A DNA stretch of 64,000 nt, from positions 383,080 to 447,079 of the forward strand of contig RDEW01000021.1 of the NCBI GenBank assembly GCA_011109175.1. The letters are read 5' to 3'. The DNA is from Dicyema japonicum. Lineage: Eukaryota; Animalia; Dicyemida. Below, piece by piece: positions 12,950 to 25,019 of this stretch. The notes beneath the pieces were generated by a model. That model was not told the origin of the DNA. It did not search any database and saw nothing but the letters and a program-made list of their open reading frames with translations. The first letter of the stretch is position 1, and every line of letters starts with the position of its first letter. Made by a program: the position numbers and the translations under genes.

Positions 12950-13872
12950 AAGAAGGTTGCTTGCTCTGGCTTCAGCAACTTTGTTGACATGGAAATGGCC
13001 AAAGGACTTTCATCACAAATACATTCCATAGATAATGCTCCAACCCACGTTTTAACAAAAATTTAAAAATTGAAATTTTATTCCTTCCAAAAACTCAACT
13101 GTTAATCTTCATCCAATGGATTCGGGAATAATCAAGAACTTTAAGAATTATTATGAAAAATGGTTATTTGGGATATATGGATGCCATTGATTTGGAATAA
13201 GAAATTTTTTTAATTTACGGAAAAAACACAATAAAAATTGTTTCAAAAAGACATGGGCAATTAAATGTCTTGATTAATTTGGTAATAAAGATATCACAAG
13301 ATCCTGTTTTGGTTTTGAATAAGTACAAGAAAAGAACTGGAAAAACTTGCTAGTGAAGAATAAATAACTCAAACAACTGCTTCGACTGCGGAGAACCTAA
13401 AAATCAAGAAATATTCTTGCCTCGGGGATCGCTACCGATTTACTCCTGTTACGACCGAATCATCGGGAGCCATTGGTCCAATGACGGCTGAGTTCTTGCG
13501 AGAACTCGGAGGATTGCTTGCCAAAAAAGAAAAGGGATCAACGAGAAGGGTTATGGCTAAGACAAAAGATTGGAATGGCCATACTCCGAGGGAACTCGTT
13601 CGCAATCCACGCAGCAGGCTTCCTCAACTGACATTTGTTTAATTGTTAAAAAAATTATTTTATTTAAAAAAATAACTCAAACAGAAATGCTAGACGAGAA
13701 CGAAATCGTCACCCTTTTTGTGAAGATTATTTCGACGACGAGGAAATTATTTAAAATGGTGAGATTATTATATGAAAACATAAATATTAATTACAATAAA
13801 ATTAGTATATTTATTTACCTCACAATCTGAAAGGCATCCAATTTTTTTGTTCGAATTAATGAGGGTTTACTG
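12950..13872 (+). mobile_element. pogo/Tigger DNA transposon relic (3' half), interrupted by a CRE-like insert
   Basis: DNAPTHV and ILFLPKNSTVNLHPMDSGIIKNFK (DDE_1 motifs, ~13030-13150); right TIR GTTCGAATTAATGAGGGTTTACTG followed by TA at 13873-13874; homologous to 43890-45226. Confidence 0.8.
13376..13669 (+). mobile_element. CRE-like RLE non-LTR retroelement, 5'-truncated, with 14-bp TSD
   Basis: Encodes GDRYRFTPVTTESSGAIGPMTAEFLRELG...LRQKIGMAILRGNS (RLE C-terminus); A-rich tail; TSD AAATAACTCAAACA at 13362-13375 and 13670-13683. Confidence 0.85.
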
Positions 13873-14219
13873 TATACGCTTTTCACTTCAGACCGTCGTT
13901 CAAAAGAAAATCCAAGAATTTTCATTGGGCCTCTCCATATACTACTAACAAGGTCTCCCTCAATTCTTAGTTAACGTTCGACATTTTTTTTCAAAAGCTA
14001 TTAATGACATCATTTAAAATGAAAGGATATACCGGAAAGAGCTATTTAACGTCTAACGTGTATCAGTTCTCACGGTTGGAGTGAAATGCATCCTTTCCGT
14101 TAATTCATACCCGCAATTGTGAGAATAGGTAATAGACTGAGACTTTTAGGATGCTTCCCAGATCTCCTGACAAGTTAATAACTGGGCCCTATAGGAATTG
14201 AATGCACAGAACAGGACGG

Positions 14220-14700
14220 AATCTTAGGTAACAGTTTTGAGGTCGAGCTACTATTACAGCCAAGAAGGATGATGTCGAAATCGCATACATGCAAGTTTCA
14301 TCCAGACGGACCTCAGTAGTGGCAGTTCAAAAATCTTAGGTAACAGTTTGGAGGTCGAGCTACTATTACAGCCAAGAAGGATGACGTCGAAATCGCATAC
14401 ATGCAAGTTTCATCCAGACGGACCTCAGTAGTGGCAGTTCAAAAGACCTAATCACAGAAGGTTTTCGCTTCATTATCTTGTTGTCTAAGGAGTAGATATG
14501 TATGTCAAAGGTACATGAATTCATGTATAGTCTTGGTCCAGGTTAGGTCTATTGCTGGAAGTAGGATTTTCAGAAGTGTTCTTTGGAGGTTAGTCAAGGT
14601 TCTCCGGATGTGCCTAGGGTTATTTGATTCGAATATGGAAAGGTTGAGTGGTTCAAGATGATCACACAACACATAAGCTCCGCATTTCAAGATAATCACA
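14220..14700 (-). mobile_element. Possible Penelope-like element remnant with a degenerate hammerhead core
   Basis: Weak GIY-YIG-tail-like segments (CDHL...LLKIL...PNLDQD, frameshifted), followed by CTGAGGTCCGTCTGGATGAAAC (minus strand, 14407-14428; duplicated at 14295-14316). Confidence 0.35.
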
Positions 14701-14909
14701 CAACAGCAGGATCTTCGACTCTCAATAGTGAATTAAGCATCTGATATAGCTTTCGTATGAGTGATAGAGATATGCATGGAGCCAATTGGAGAAGAATAAT
14801 ATAATGTTGTTTTATTACACAAACGCTGCAAATTAACAAGATTATTTATTGTTTAATAAAACTAATAGTTAACAAAAAAATAAAATAAATAATAAGTATT
14901 TAAACTGAT

Positions 14910-16005
14910 ATGGCTGATATTGACTCACTTCCGGATAAAGTAACATAATTATTATAACCCAGACTGTACAGGATGACAAAATGTATGTTGAAAACGAATT
15001 GGAGGAAGTATATCCTAATTTTCAACTAAAGGTCATCTTCTTGGAGGAATGCAGATACAAGAAAATAGAAAATCTCGAAAATCTGCGAAACTGCAGGAAG
15101 ATATCTTTTAGGAGGAACCTTATCAAGGGGATCGAGAACCTCAGTACACTGACATCCCTCACTGAGCTGGTTTTATACGACAACCAGATTGAACGGATTG
15201 AGAACCTTGACTGTCTCGTCTCCCTCAAGTATAGATTGCCTCATTTTTAGTGTCCTCGATCTTTCGTTCAATCGAATATGTAAGATTGAGGGATTGGTGA
15301 CTTTGACTGAGCTCAGGAGTTTATTCTTAGTCAACAACAGAATCACTGAGATTGAAAATTTAGAAAGAAACTCAAAATTGACATTGTTGGAGTTGGGGGA
15401 CAACAAACTGAGGGTATTTTCTGTGATCATGACAGAAAATAACGAATATTGGACATTTGGAGCATCTCGAGGAGTTGTATTTGGGAAAGAACAAGATTAC
15501 CAAGATCAGTGGGCTTGAGAATTGCAGGAAACTGAGGATATTGTCACTGCAGAGCAACAGGGTCGTCAAAATAGAAGGATTGGAGACTTTAACAGAGCTG
15601 AATGAGCTCTATTTGAGCCACAATGGATTAAGTGAGATGGAGGGACTCGACCATTTGGTAGTTTTGGGCTAATTACGCAGGTCAATGTGAGGATCCTCGA
15701 CCTGGCTAGCAATTTTATCAAGAATCTGGGAGATATGTCGTATTTTGAGTATATTGAGGAGTTGTGGGTTTGCGTACTGTTTATTGTAGATGGATAACAA
15801 CCAACTGGAGAACTATGAGGATCTGAAGATTCTGTCTGGGAAGGAGCACCTCACCTGCATATATTTGGAGCGTAATCCACTGTGGTTCGAGTCATCTAAA
15901 AGTATTGTTATTTAAATTATTGGAGGGAATATTTCTCCATTATATATTTATAATATAAGGAAAATATTACCGAATATTAAACAAATTGATTGTCATTACT
16001 TTTAA
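14910..16005 (+). CDS. PPP1R7: Sds22 / protein phosphatase 1 regulatory subunit 7 (LRR protein)
   Basis: Sds22-type LRRs (LTELVLYDNQIERIENL, LEELYLGKNKITKISGL) and an LRR cap ending LPNIKQID. Introns at 14940-14962, 15229-15250, 15414-15435, 15658-15680 and 15768-15789 (22-23 nt) restore one frame. Confidence 0.9.
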
Positions 16006-16044
16006 TAACATTTATTTTTACTATTTTATATGTACTTCTCGGGG

Positions 16045-16135
16045 GACAATTTCGTTACCTGGAGACGAGTTTTGGAACGTTGGAACGAGTTGGATCAGGG
16101 AGTTAGTTTGATTACACTTGGTCTCTGAAATAATT
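16045..16135 (+). mobile_element. Very short LINE 3' stub immediately downstream of PPP1R7
   Basis: Similar to 53520-53630; ends GGATCAGGGAGTTAGTTTG...CTTGGTCTCTG. Confidence 0.55.
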
Positions 16136-16800
16136 TACTGAAGAAGTCTACTTGCAGGGAAATCCGCCCTAGAAACTTTGAGAACATGGTTAATGCGACT
16201 GGGGGGATTTAATGGCAAAAGATAAGAACTGAACTTCGTCCTTATCGTAAATGTGTAGGAACACAATCTTAACACTAAGAAAAGATGCGAAGACGGGTGA
16301 GGGAGTTTGGGATTTCTGAATTTTCTTATTCTGGCTATGACGGTGGTTTTGGTTCATAAACTCAAATAAATTTAATTTTAAAATTTTGGAGTTATTTTTT
16401 GAAAGTGGCTTCAGTATGAAATGCATCCCCCATCCATATACGCCATTGTGAGAACCTTTATAATGAAGTAAGGAAAAGATCATTTTTCAACGCCTGCCAG
16501 ATAGTAGACGTCTTTGAGACATGTGGATCACATGACGCTCCTTGGGACATTAAGATGGCGTAAAACAGAACTGAACCCTTTGACCAGTTATCAGTGGGAG
16601 AATCGTTTTGCTACCTGGTCAGGTATTTTTTTAGAAGGTAATTAAGATATAAATCTATCCTTAGTAAAAAAATATAACTGGAGAGTCACTTAAAATGTTA
16701 TAATTCAAAGCATGACTCCTTAATTTTGACACGTGTGTCACAAAGACGACTAATCTCGTCTTCCAACTAAATAAATTCGTCTGGAGAGTCACTTAAAATG

Positions 16801-18420
16801 TTATAATTCAAAGCATGACTCCTTAATTTTGACACGTGTGTCACAAAGACGACTAATCTCGTCTTCCAACTAAATAAATTCGTCAAAATTTGCTCACGTG
16901 TTTATGCAGTCTTTCTCTGATTACTGATAGGTCCACCAAACTTCTTTCCAAGTGATCTCTACTAATCTTCATCTCCTCAACTTGTAGACACTCAAACTTG
17001 TGGTTATCACTCTCACAGCGAGCATCCTCGTTAATATTAATCAAATATTTCGACAAATTTCTAAGCATGACGGTCCAATGTACTCATATTCTTTACGAAG
17101 GCTGATAAGCTCCCTTAACTCCTCAGATTCTAGCATGTGTATGCAATTTTGCAGTCTCTCAGCGAAAATCTCCAAAGAATTCAGAGTGACATCTTGATCG
17201 GCATTAATCGTGGTAACGATAGACGAGGACTGGTCATTTCTGTCAGCAATTCTTGAAAGAAAAAACTCCCTCAACCAAATACTACCACCAATGCAAATAC
17301 CAGCAATAACTCCGTCATCAGCGAGTTTCTAAAGGCAGTACTCTCAATCAGAACCAAATCCCCTTAGATAACCCTTAATGAAACCTGTTATTTCTAGAAA
17401 TTTCTCAATTTTGTCCGCATTATGACATGACTTGTAGTCTCTAAGCTTAGAGACGGTGAGTTCACAGTCAGAAACCAATATAAAGTCTACGAAAGGTAAA
17501 CGACTGCACTAAATAGCGGATATACTGTGAATGACGTGCACACACTTCCTCACAAAAATCATAGTAATACTCGAGTGGCTGTTTGATCTGTTTAAAGGAC
17601 CTACAAATGTCCAGCAGTTTATTATATGCCCCATTTGAGTAGTTTAGAACGGCCTCAGAGATGCACGTGGTTGGGTCACTCTGATATTCCTCACAAAAAT
17701 CATAGTAATACTCGAGTGGCTGTTTGATCTGTTTAAATGACCTACAAATGTCCAGCAGTTTATTATATGCCCCATTTGAGTAGTTTAGAACGGCCTCAGA
17801 GATGCACGTGGTTGGGTCACTCTGATATCAAAAAAGTTATAACCTCATCACTCAAACTGAAGTTCAGCCTTAATAATTCCTTGTCTAGCTTTTCTTGCAG
17901 AGAAGTCGAGTTGTGGGCATTTTTTAAGGATTTTTGTTGGGAAATCTGATATTATGATTAGTACAACCGAAATCCGTGAATCGATCTTGGCTATATTTTG
18001 GTGGATACTTTTGATCCCCCACTTACTAATGTTAATGTAGACGTACGCGGACTGGGCTAACATAATAATTAAGGGAACCCAAGTAGACCCCTTTCAGTCT
18101 ATTGACAACCTCCTTCCATTGGGAGACAGTATCGTCATCCTTTTGGTGATCTGCCAATGACTGCAGTATGTCCCCGGCTGTAAAATAGTTGATATCTGGA
18201 CTCACAACTAATTTTACAATTTGTGAGGTCCCTGTACTGACTAAATTCTGGCATTTCATAGATACTTCTACAGGCCAAGTCAATTTGTGGTTTTATGTTG
18301 ACAAAAGTAGAATTCCAGTCAGGATTTATCAAATTTCTGTTAATTAGCCAATCTACAATATTCCCGAATAGAACTCAGAAGGTTATTCCCATGAATAGTG
18401 AGCACAGGAATCGAACACAT
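16801..18420 (-). CDS. CDK5RAP3: CDK5RAP3 (LZAP/C53, UFMylation adaptor), multi-exon
   Basis: MCSIPVLTIHGNNLL|NWLINRNLINPDWNSTFVNIKPQID...YINYFTAGDILQSL...WKEVV...GVYL parallels recalled CDK5RAP3 VPIDIQTSKLLDWLVDRRHC...YIHYFHCLRIL...WQEII. C-terminal LEDEISRLCDTRVKI resembles IEADISKRYSGRPVNL. Two 22-nt introns verified by hand. Internal duplicated blocks are probably artefactual. Confidence 0.82.
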
Positions 18421-19034
18421 CCGCAGATTTTAAATAATATTCTTTATTTAATGGAATTAATTTTAATTAATTTAATAATTTTTAGGATTAAATTTTTAAT
18501 AATTCTGAAACATGGATGAGAAATAGTCAGATTGACTTTTAATATCATTGATACTAATGTCTCGAAATGTATCACAGGCTTATGGAAGTGCGGAAATCAT
18601 CTTATTTTGAGTACTATATACAAACAAACATTGAANTGACTAAATTCTGGCATTTCATAGATACTTCTACAGGCCAAGTCAATTTGTGGTTTTATGTTGA
18701 CAAAAGTAGAATTCCAGTCAGGATTTATCAAATTTCTGTTAATTAGCCAATCTACAATATTCCCGAATATAACTCAGAAGGTTATTCCCATGAATAGTGA
18801 GCACAGGAATCGAACACATCGGCAGATTTTAAATAATATTTTTTATTTAATGGAATTAATTTTAATTAATTTAATAATTTTTATGATTAAATTTTTAATC
18901 ATTCTGAAACATGGATGAAAAATAGTCAGATTGACTTTTAATATCATTGATACTAATGTCTCGAAATGTCTCACAGGCTTATGGAAGTACGGATATCATC
19001 CTATTTTGAGTACTATATACAAACAATACATTGA
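18238..19034. repeat. ~398-bp tandem duplication joined by a single N (includes CDK5RAP3 exon 1)
   Basis: 18238-18635, N at 18636, 18637-19034, with scattered substitutions. Representative of about 20 such duplications. Confidence 0.9.
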
Positions 19035-19260
19035 ACCATGCATCTTTTACGGATGTGTGGCCATTCATCTTATGGACAAATATCTCGAACATCGAGGCTA
19101 GCCGAAAAGGAGCCTCCAAAATCACGGAACGCTGGATTTCTGTAGAGTCTCTTCCACCAATGCCTCTTGAAGCCATGATGCGAATCAACCATGGAACGCG
19201 TCGTCGTGACAGCTAAGATCCAGTCACTTGTCCGATACGTGCTTGTGTGGAGTCAGACCG
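18540..19260 (+). mobile_element. APE-LINE 3' fragment (family A), first part duplicated
   Basis: Homologous to 24125-24420 (SKITERWIS...LEAMMRINHGTRRRD). Confidence 0.75.
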
Positions 19261-19720
19261 ATAAGGGAGAGGACTATTCCGACGAGTTGTGAATCCTGTG
19301 CAGCTCTTGTCATTGGACATGGCATTGGCTAAAACTTTTTACATGTTTTTAGATATTTTGATAGTATTTTAAACAGGGGCAGCTCGGTGGACTGGCCGAA
19401 TTTTCGTTGTAATTCAATTAGAAGAGTTTCAATAGGTTGGGTCTTGTTTTCTGGTCCAATATGACAAGGCTCCCAGTTGGGTCTTTAAGTGTTTTTGAAA
19501 GGACTTTAGGATTCTCATTTTCTTCAAAGCAGAAGTTACTTTGTTCTCAACATGTCGGATAAGAAAAAGCCCCTGATCAAAGGTAACTTCCAACATCTTG
19601 ATGTTCTGTTAATAGAATAGCCTCGTTCTTCCTAAGAATTTTTGGTTCGACACATAGCGTCTTTTGTAGTTGGTGAACAGTGTGACAGAGTACTTTGTTG
19701 CTGATGTTTCGAGCCACCGC
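19261..19720 (-). mobile_element. Degraded LINE thumb-region fragment
   Basis: Minus-strand frameshifted SVTLFTNYKRR, VTFDQGLF and KKMRILK, resembling the post-RT region of the other LINEs. Confidence 0.5.
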
Positions 19721-20869
19721 TACAAGAGCCGATAATTTTAAAAAAATACAATAAAATTTAAAATAGTAAAAGAAAAAAAATCTATTTTGACATCAAGGCA
19801 ACATTTGATGTTTTTATCTCATTCACGTGACTTGTTTACTGATTATTTGACAAAACAGTTTCCTTTTGTCTCAAAGTAATAAATTGTTGTATATTAACTC
19901 ATGACAAGTGATCACCAAAGCTCACTAAAATTTTGGTTGGTGAGTTTTGAAGATGGATCCTACGTGCACCCGACAGTTCCTTTGTTTAGAACTTTGGATC
20001 TCCGATGTCTCCTGAGTCAGTTACGTAGTCCATGCTCATGGAGTTCCATCCATCAGCCACTATTTCAACCTTCCGGCCACTTAACTGGTGTAATAATAAT
20101 AATAAAAAAAAACAATTAAATGACAGCTCATTTTATTCCAGAAATAGGATAATTATGTGATTGATTAATGGAATGATGAATACGTAAATGTCACCAGAAT
20201 GCCCAAATTTAAAATATACGTGATGGAATATAAATTGGTAGGATAACAGCGCTAATTTCCAATTACTTGTAGGGGAAGTAGTTACTGGGTTATATTCCAA
20301 CCATTGGGAACAGCTTTGAAGCGAACATAGATAACTAATCTGATTGGTCATTCAACATTGTGGACACGTGTGGGACCTTCTCAAGCCCAACAATACTGAA
20401 ACTACCAATTATGGAAGCTGATATTGTGATGATATTTTACAAGAAAAATGATGATATGTCCTATAGGAAGACAGACGAAATATTTGATAGAATACACCAT
20501 TCTCGACGAAAGCACCTCCCTTGGTCACTTTTATATCAAAAATATGAGTCTGATATCAAATCTATGAAAATTAACATTAACACGAAACTATTCTTGGTAA
20601 AGTACACATTCTATGCCACAAACGAAAGTGCAGTAAAGTTCTTCAATCTGGAATCCAAGAGCGTCTCAATCTTAGAAGATAAAAGCCCAGTTATGGCTCT
20701 TCCATTTTCCTTCAACTTCAGAATCTCTTCTCCACCAAANCGAAATATTTGGTAGAATTCACCATTCTCGACAATACACATTCTGCATTCTATGCCACAA
20801 ACGAAAGTGCAGTAAATTACTTCTCACACATGTTTGAGATTTAAAAAATCCGACAATTGCAACCTTATT

Positions 20870-21100
20870 ATTATTACAGCACTTATCGCCTTGCCATAAT
20901 AGTTATAGCAAAGCATGTGCAATACAAGAAACAATGTTATTAGTTAGCCTCTTCCATCCTCCACGGTTACACGCAGTCGATCTCAGCATGTCCAGATCGT
21001 CTCCCGTCTTTAGGCATTTCTTCATCCTTTNNNNNAGATTCACTTTAAGAGATTCGTAGGTTGTTATGACCTGCTCGTTTATAACGGGAGCCAAGACCTA
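20870..21100 (-). mobile_element. RTE-clade LINE 3' end
   Basis: GDDLDMLRSTACNRGGWKRLT parallels 35150-35230; (TAA)n tail. Confidence 0.7.
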
Positions 21101-21719
21101 AGGTTATCTACAAAACCAAACAATTTCATTTTTTTCTTTTAAACTGAAGACTGGTCTATCATCCATTTCACACGTATAACGGTGCAATATGCTTTATACA
21201 CGTAATACGTCTTTTAATTCTAATGAATTGATTTTCAACCTTACTGTATATTCTTACGTCCTAGGGAGAATTTGGTATTTTCTTTTACCCACGTGAGGGG
21301 AAGAAGGAAGTACCACTGCATCGTGTACCGGTTCGTTTTCTAGCCAATTTCCGTTGAGACGTCTAGCGTTATTGGCTCGAGCACGTCTGAGTTTATCAGG
21401 TTAATTTGGACGCAGACAGCGATACCATATTGGCACACTCAGTTGTAAACCCGGTTAAGGTATGATTGAACCAGAGCTGTTGTCGTAGAGGGAGATCTAT
21501 TTCAATCGATGATCAGATCATCCACATAAAATAGGAATAACGCATTTGGATCATTATCAGGTTAATTTGGACGCAGACAGCGATACCATATTGGCACACT
21601 CAGTTGTAAACCCGGTTAAGGTATGATTGAACCAGAGCTGTTGTCGTAGAGGGAGATCTATTTCAACCGATGATCAGATCATCCACATAAAATAGGAATA
21701 ACGCATTTGGATCATCGAT

Positions 21720-24530
21720 TTTCGGAATATCAAAGAGAAATAGAATATCAAAGAGTATGGGCGACAGTGTGGTGCCTTGCGGACCTAAGATCTCGAATTC
21801 TTATGATAGAAAACTCTTCCACATCATCCAGTAAGGATATTCGCAATGATTTTTGAACATCCTCTGTGGCTGGCAAGTCAACCGTCCGACTCTTCGGAAT
21901 ATCAAAGAGAAATAGAATATCAAAGAGTATGGGCGACAGTGTGGTGCCTTGCGGACCTAAGATCTCGAATTCTTATGATAGAAAACTCTTCCACATCATC
22001 CAGTAAGGATATTCGCAATGATTTTTGAACATCCTCTGTGGCTGGCAAGTCAACCGTCCGACTCAAGAGGAAAAGTACTACTTTCGCAGACAGGACCTTT
22101 CACGGTCATGAATGACCCGTCAAAACATACGAGAACCCCCTACAGGGAGTCAGACCAACTAACTTCTTCAGACATCACGCTTTGTTCTCCCGCCCTGGCG
22201 GCAATATCGACTTGGTCAGTCACTTACAACTCAAGAAGCGACCATAATTCCATCCTTTTGGAGATCAAGAGAGACCATCAACTAGGAGGAGATCCCCAAA
22301 ACNGACCACAATTCCATTCTTTTGGAGATCAAGAGAGACCATCAACTAGGAGGTGATCCCCAAAACAATTCAACTACAAACACGCAGATTGGAGACTTTA
22401 CCGTACACTTACTGACAATCTACTGCAGCACCTGGATGGTATTACTTCCATGGACAAAGTAGTCGCTTATGTAAACCATACTATCTTGGGTGGGAGTTCA
22501 CTATCTGTACCTAAACTACATCAGGGGATATGGCAGGTCGACATTAACCAAGGAAAGAAACAAACTCAAAAAGTCTGGCCGATTAACTACTGAGGATATA
22601 TTTAGACTCAAGGCTGTGAACAATGAACTAAAAAACAGAGGCAAGATCACAAATATCAAGATGGAGGCATGTGTTCTCCTCGTTGAATAGAAATAGACTC
22701 ACTACTGAAATTTGGAAGACCATCCGAGACGCATCGAGAGGGGATGAAAGATCGTCCGATGTGGACCACAGACAAAAGGAATTAAACAACCTAATAAAAT
22801 AATATGTGAAAATATCCCATAAAGACCATAAGAAGTCGGATGTACCCCCGAAATATCTCAGTAAACCGAAAAAGGAACCGGATACGATTCACTTCACTGA
22901 AAACGACGTGAGATATACATTGAAAGCCATTAAAACAATCTATTCTAACGTACCGGATAAGATCCCGATGATCCTCCTAAAGAATCTGGGAGACTATGGA
23001 ATCGCTGCATTAACGAAGATATACAATCACTNCATAAAGACCATGAGAAGTCGGATGTACTCCCGAAACATCTCAGTAAACCGAAAAAGGAACCGGATAT
23101 GATTCATTTCACTGAAAACGACGTGAGATATACATTAAAAGCCATCAAAGCAACCTATTCTAACGGACCGGATAAGATCCCAATGATCCTCCTAAAGAAT
23201 CTGGGATACTATGGAATCGCTGCATTAACGAAGATATTCAACCACTCCATTAACAAAAATTGTATTCCAGCACTATGGAAGCTGGCCCACCTACGTCCAA
23301 TTTTGAAACCCGGTAAAGTAAAGAAGGACCCAGCTTCATACAGACCGGTCGCGTTGTCGTGTTCGGTATCGAAAATTTGGGAAAGGCTGGTTCTTGCGAA
23401 AATCAAAAATTTCCTTTCGGATTTGTCATTTCAACATGATTTTAAAAAGGAGAGGTCTACTTCGACCCACTTATTTGCATTGACTAACTTTATACGATAT
23501 GGTTTCTCGCACAGACCGGGACACGTGAATACTGCACTTTGCTCCATAGACGTCCAAAAGGCTTTTGACTCTGTGTCAAGGCGGATTCTTACTTGAAAAA
23601 TTTACCAAACAAAGATCCCTGGAAAGCTCGAACTCTGGCTAGCTAACTTCCTTAGTGGTCGGAGGGGACGCGTCTGCGTTGGCCAGCCAAGGTCTATTTC
23701 ACGGCTTCTTCCTAATGGGATTCCCCAAGGATCCTTTTTGTCTCCAGTTTTATTCAACCTATTCATGGCGGATCTTCCCACTCCAGACTCCGAAAATGAT
23801 ATTATTCTAACTTATGCCGACGACATCGTCATTGCGTCACGCGATCAGGACATCCAAATTGCCACTTCGAAATTGCAAGAAAATCTGGACCGTCTTGACA
23901 AATGGCTATCGAAGAATCGCCTAACTACTAGCAGTGAAAAGTCCGTCACAAACCTATTTACTTCAGACAAGAGACTGGGAAGACGGACGGTCGAACTGAA
24001 GGCAAACAATGAAGCTATTCTTTACAGAAAATCCCAAAGGATCTTTGGGGTGACTTTTGACATGCATGTCATTTTCTTCCCATGTTGAAAACGTAATTAC
24101 GAAATCCGAAAAGAAAACTGATTTTCAGAAATGCCTCACAGGCTTATGGAAGATCCGATTTATTCTGTTTTGAGCATTGTATATGAACAATTCATTGAAC
24201 CATACATCTCTTGTGCATGCGGTATATGGGGTCCACTCATCTCTTGGACGAATGCCTTGAAGATCGAGGATAGCCGGAGAAAAGCCTCCAAAATCACGGA
24301 ACGCTGGATTTCTGGAGAACTCCAGCCACCAATGCATCTTGAAGCCTTGATAAGAATGAACCACGGATCGCGCCGTCGTGACTGCGAAGGTCCAGTCACT
24401 CGACCGATACGTGCTTGTGCAGGGACGAGGGAGGAGCATCGGGCCAAGATGAGGTCCCTGCTAGAGCGTGCTGGGATCACGTGATTACTTAGTTTGTGTG
24501 ATCGTGGTCTCTGGTGTTATCATTATTATT
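21720..24530 (+). mobile_element. Near-complete ORF2 of an APE-endonuclease/RT LINE (family A), frameshifted
   Basis: Endonuclease motifs (HPLW, DITLCS, SDHNSI at ~22235); RT motifs GPDKIP, SYRPVAL, FQH.F, IDVQKAFDSV, PQGS.LSPVLFNLF, YADD (23815-23823); C-terminus ending RAGIT* at 24484; short 3' UTR with TTA/ATT tail. Confidence 0.92.
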
Positions 24531-25019
24531 CCTTCTAAACGTTCACTCGACTCATTTTAAGATTTCAAATTTCTCACCAACAATTAATCATACAACGAGA
24601 ATTGTCTTGTTTTGGCATTCCCAACGGACTGTTACATTTATTTCTGCACGTGGTTTATAAGGTCAGGTTGGACAAAGATGAGTAGGAGATAAAGTTATTC
24701 TACACTGGAAAAATGAAGAATCTTTGATTGTTGAAGATAAAGTAATTCTATAGATGGATCACGATTTAAATCCATCGACGAGGAAACCCTGATTGTATGA
24801 ACATTTAGACATGGCTAGGGTTGAGATTAGATGGTAGATTTGAATAAATAAAAATTTGAGTCAGAAAAAATGTCATAAAAATAGGAAAAAAGTAGATGGA
24901 GTTCAACTTACTGTGTAGTTTCACGTGTGGACTGTGACGTTATATTTTCAACTAAAATGGATTTTTTACAAACAAGCTAAATTTAGGAAACCAGCTCGCA
25001 AAAAGGACCAAATAGAGAT

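Noticed and set aside
18637-18830. Second CDK5RAP3 exon 1 and second RPL22 start as paralogues
   Set aside because: They lie within local duplications typical of unmerged alleles.
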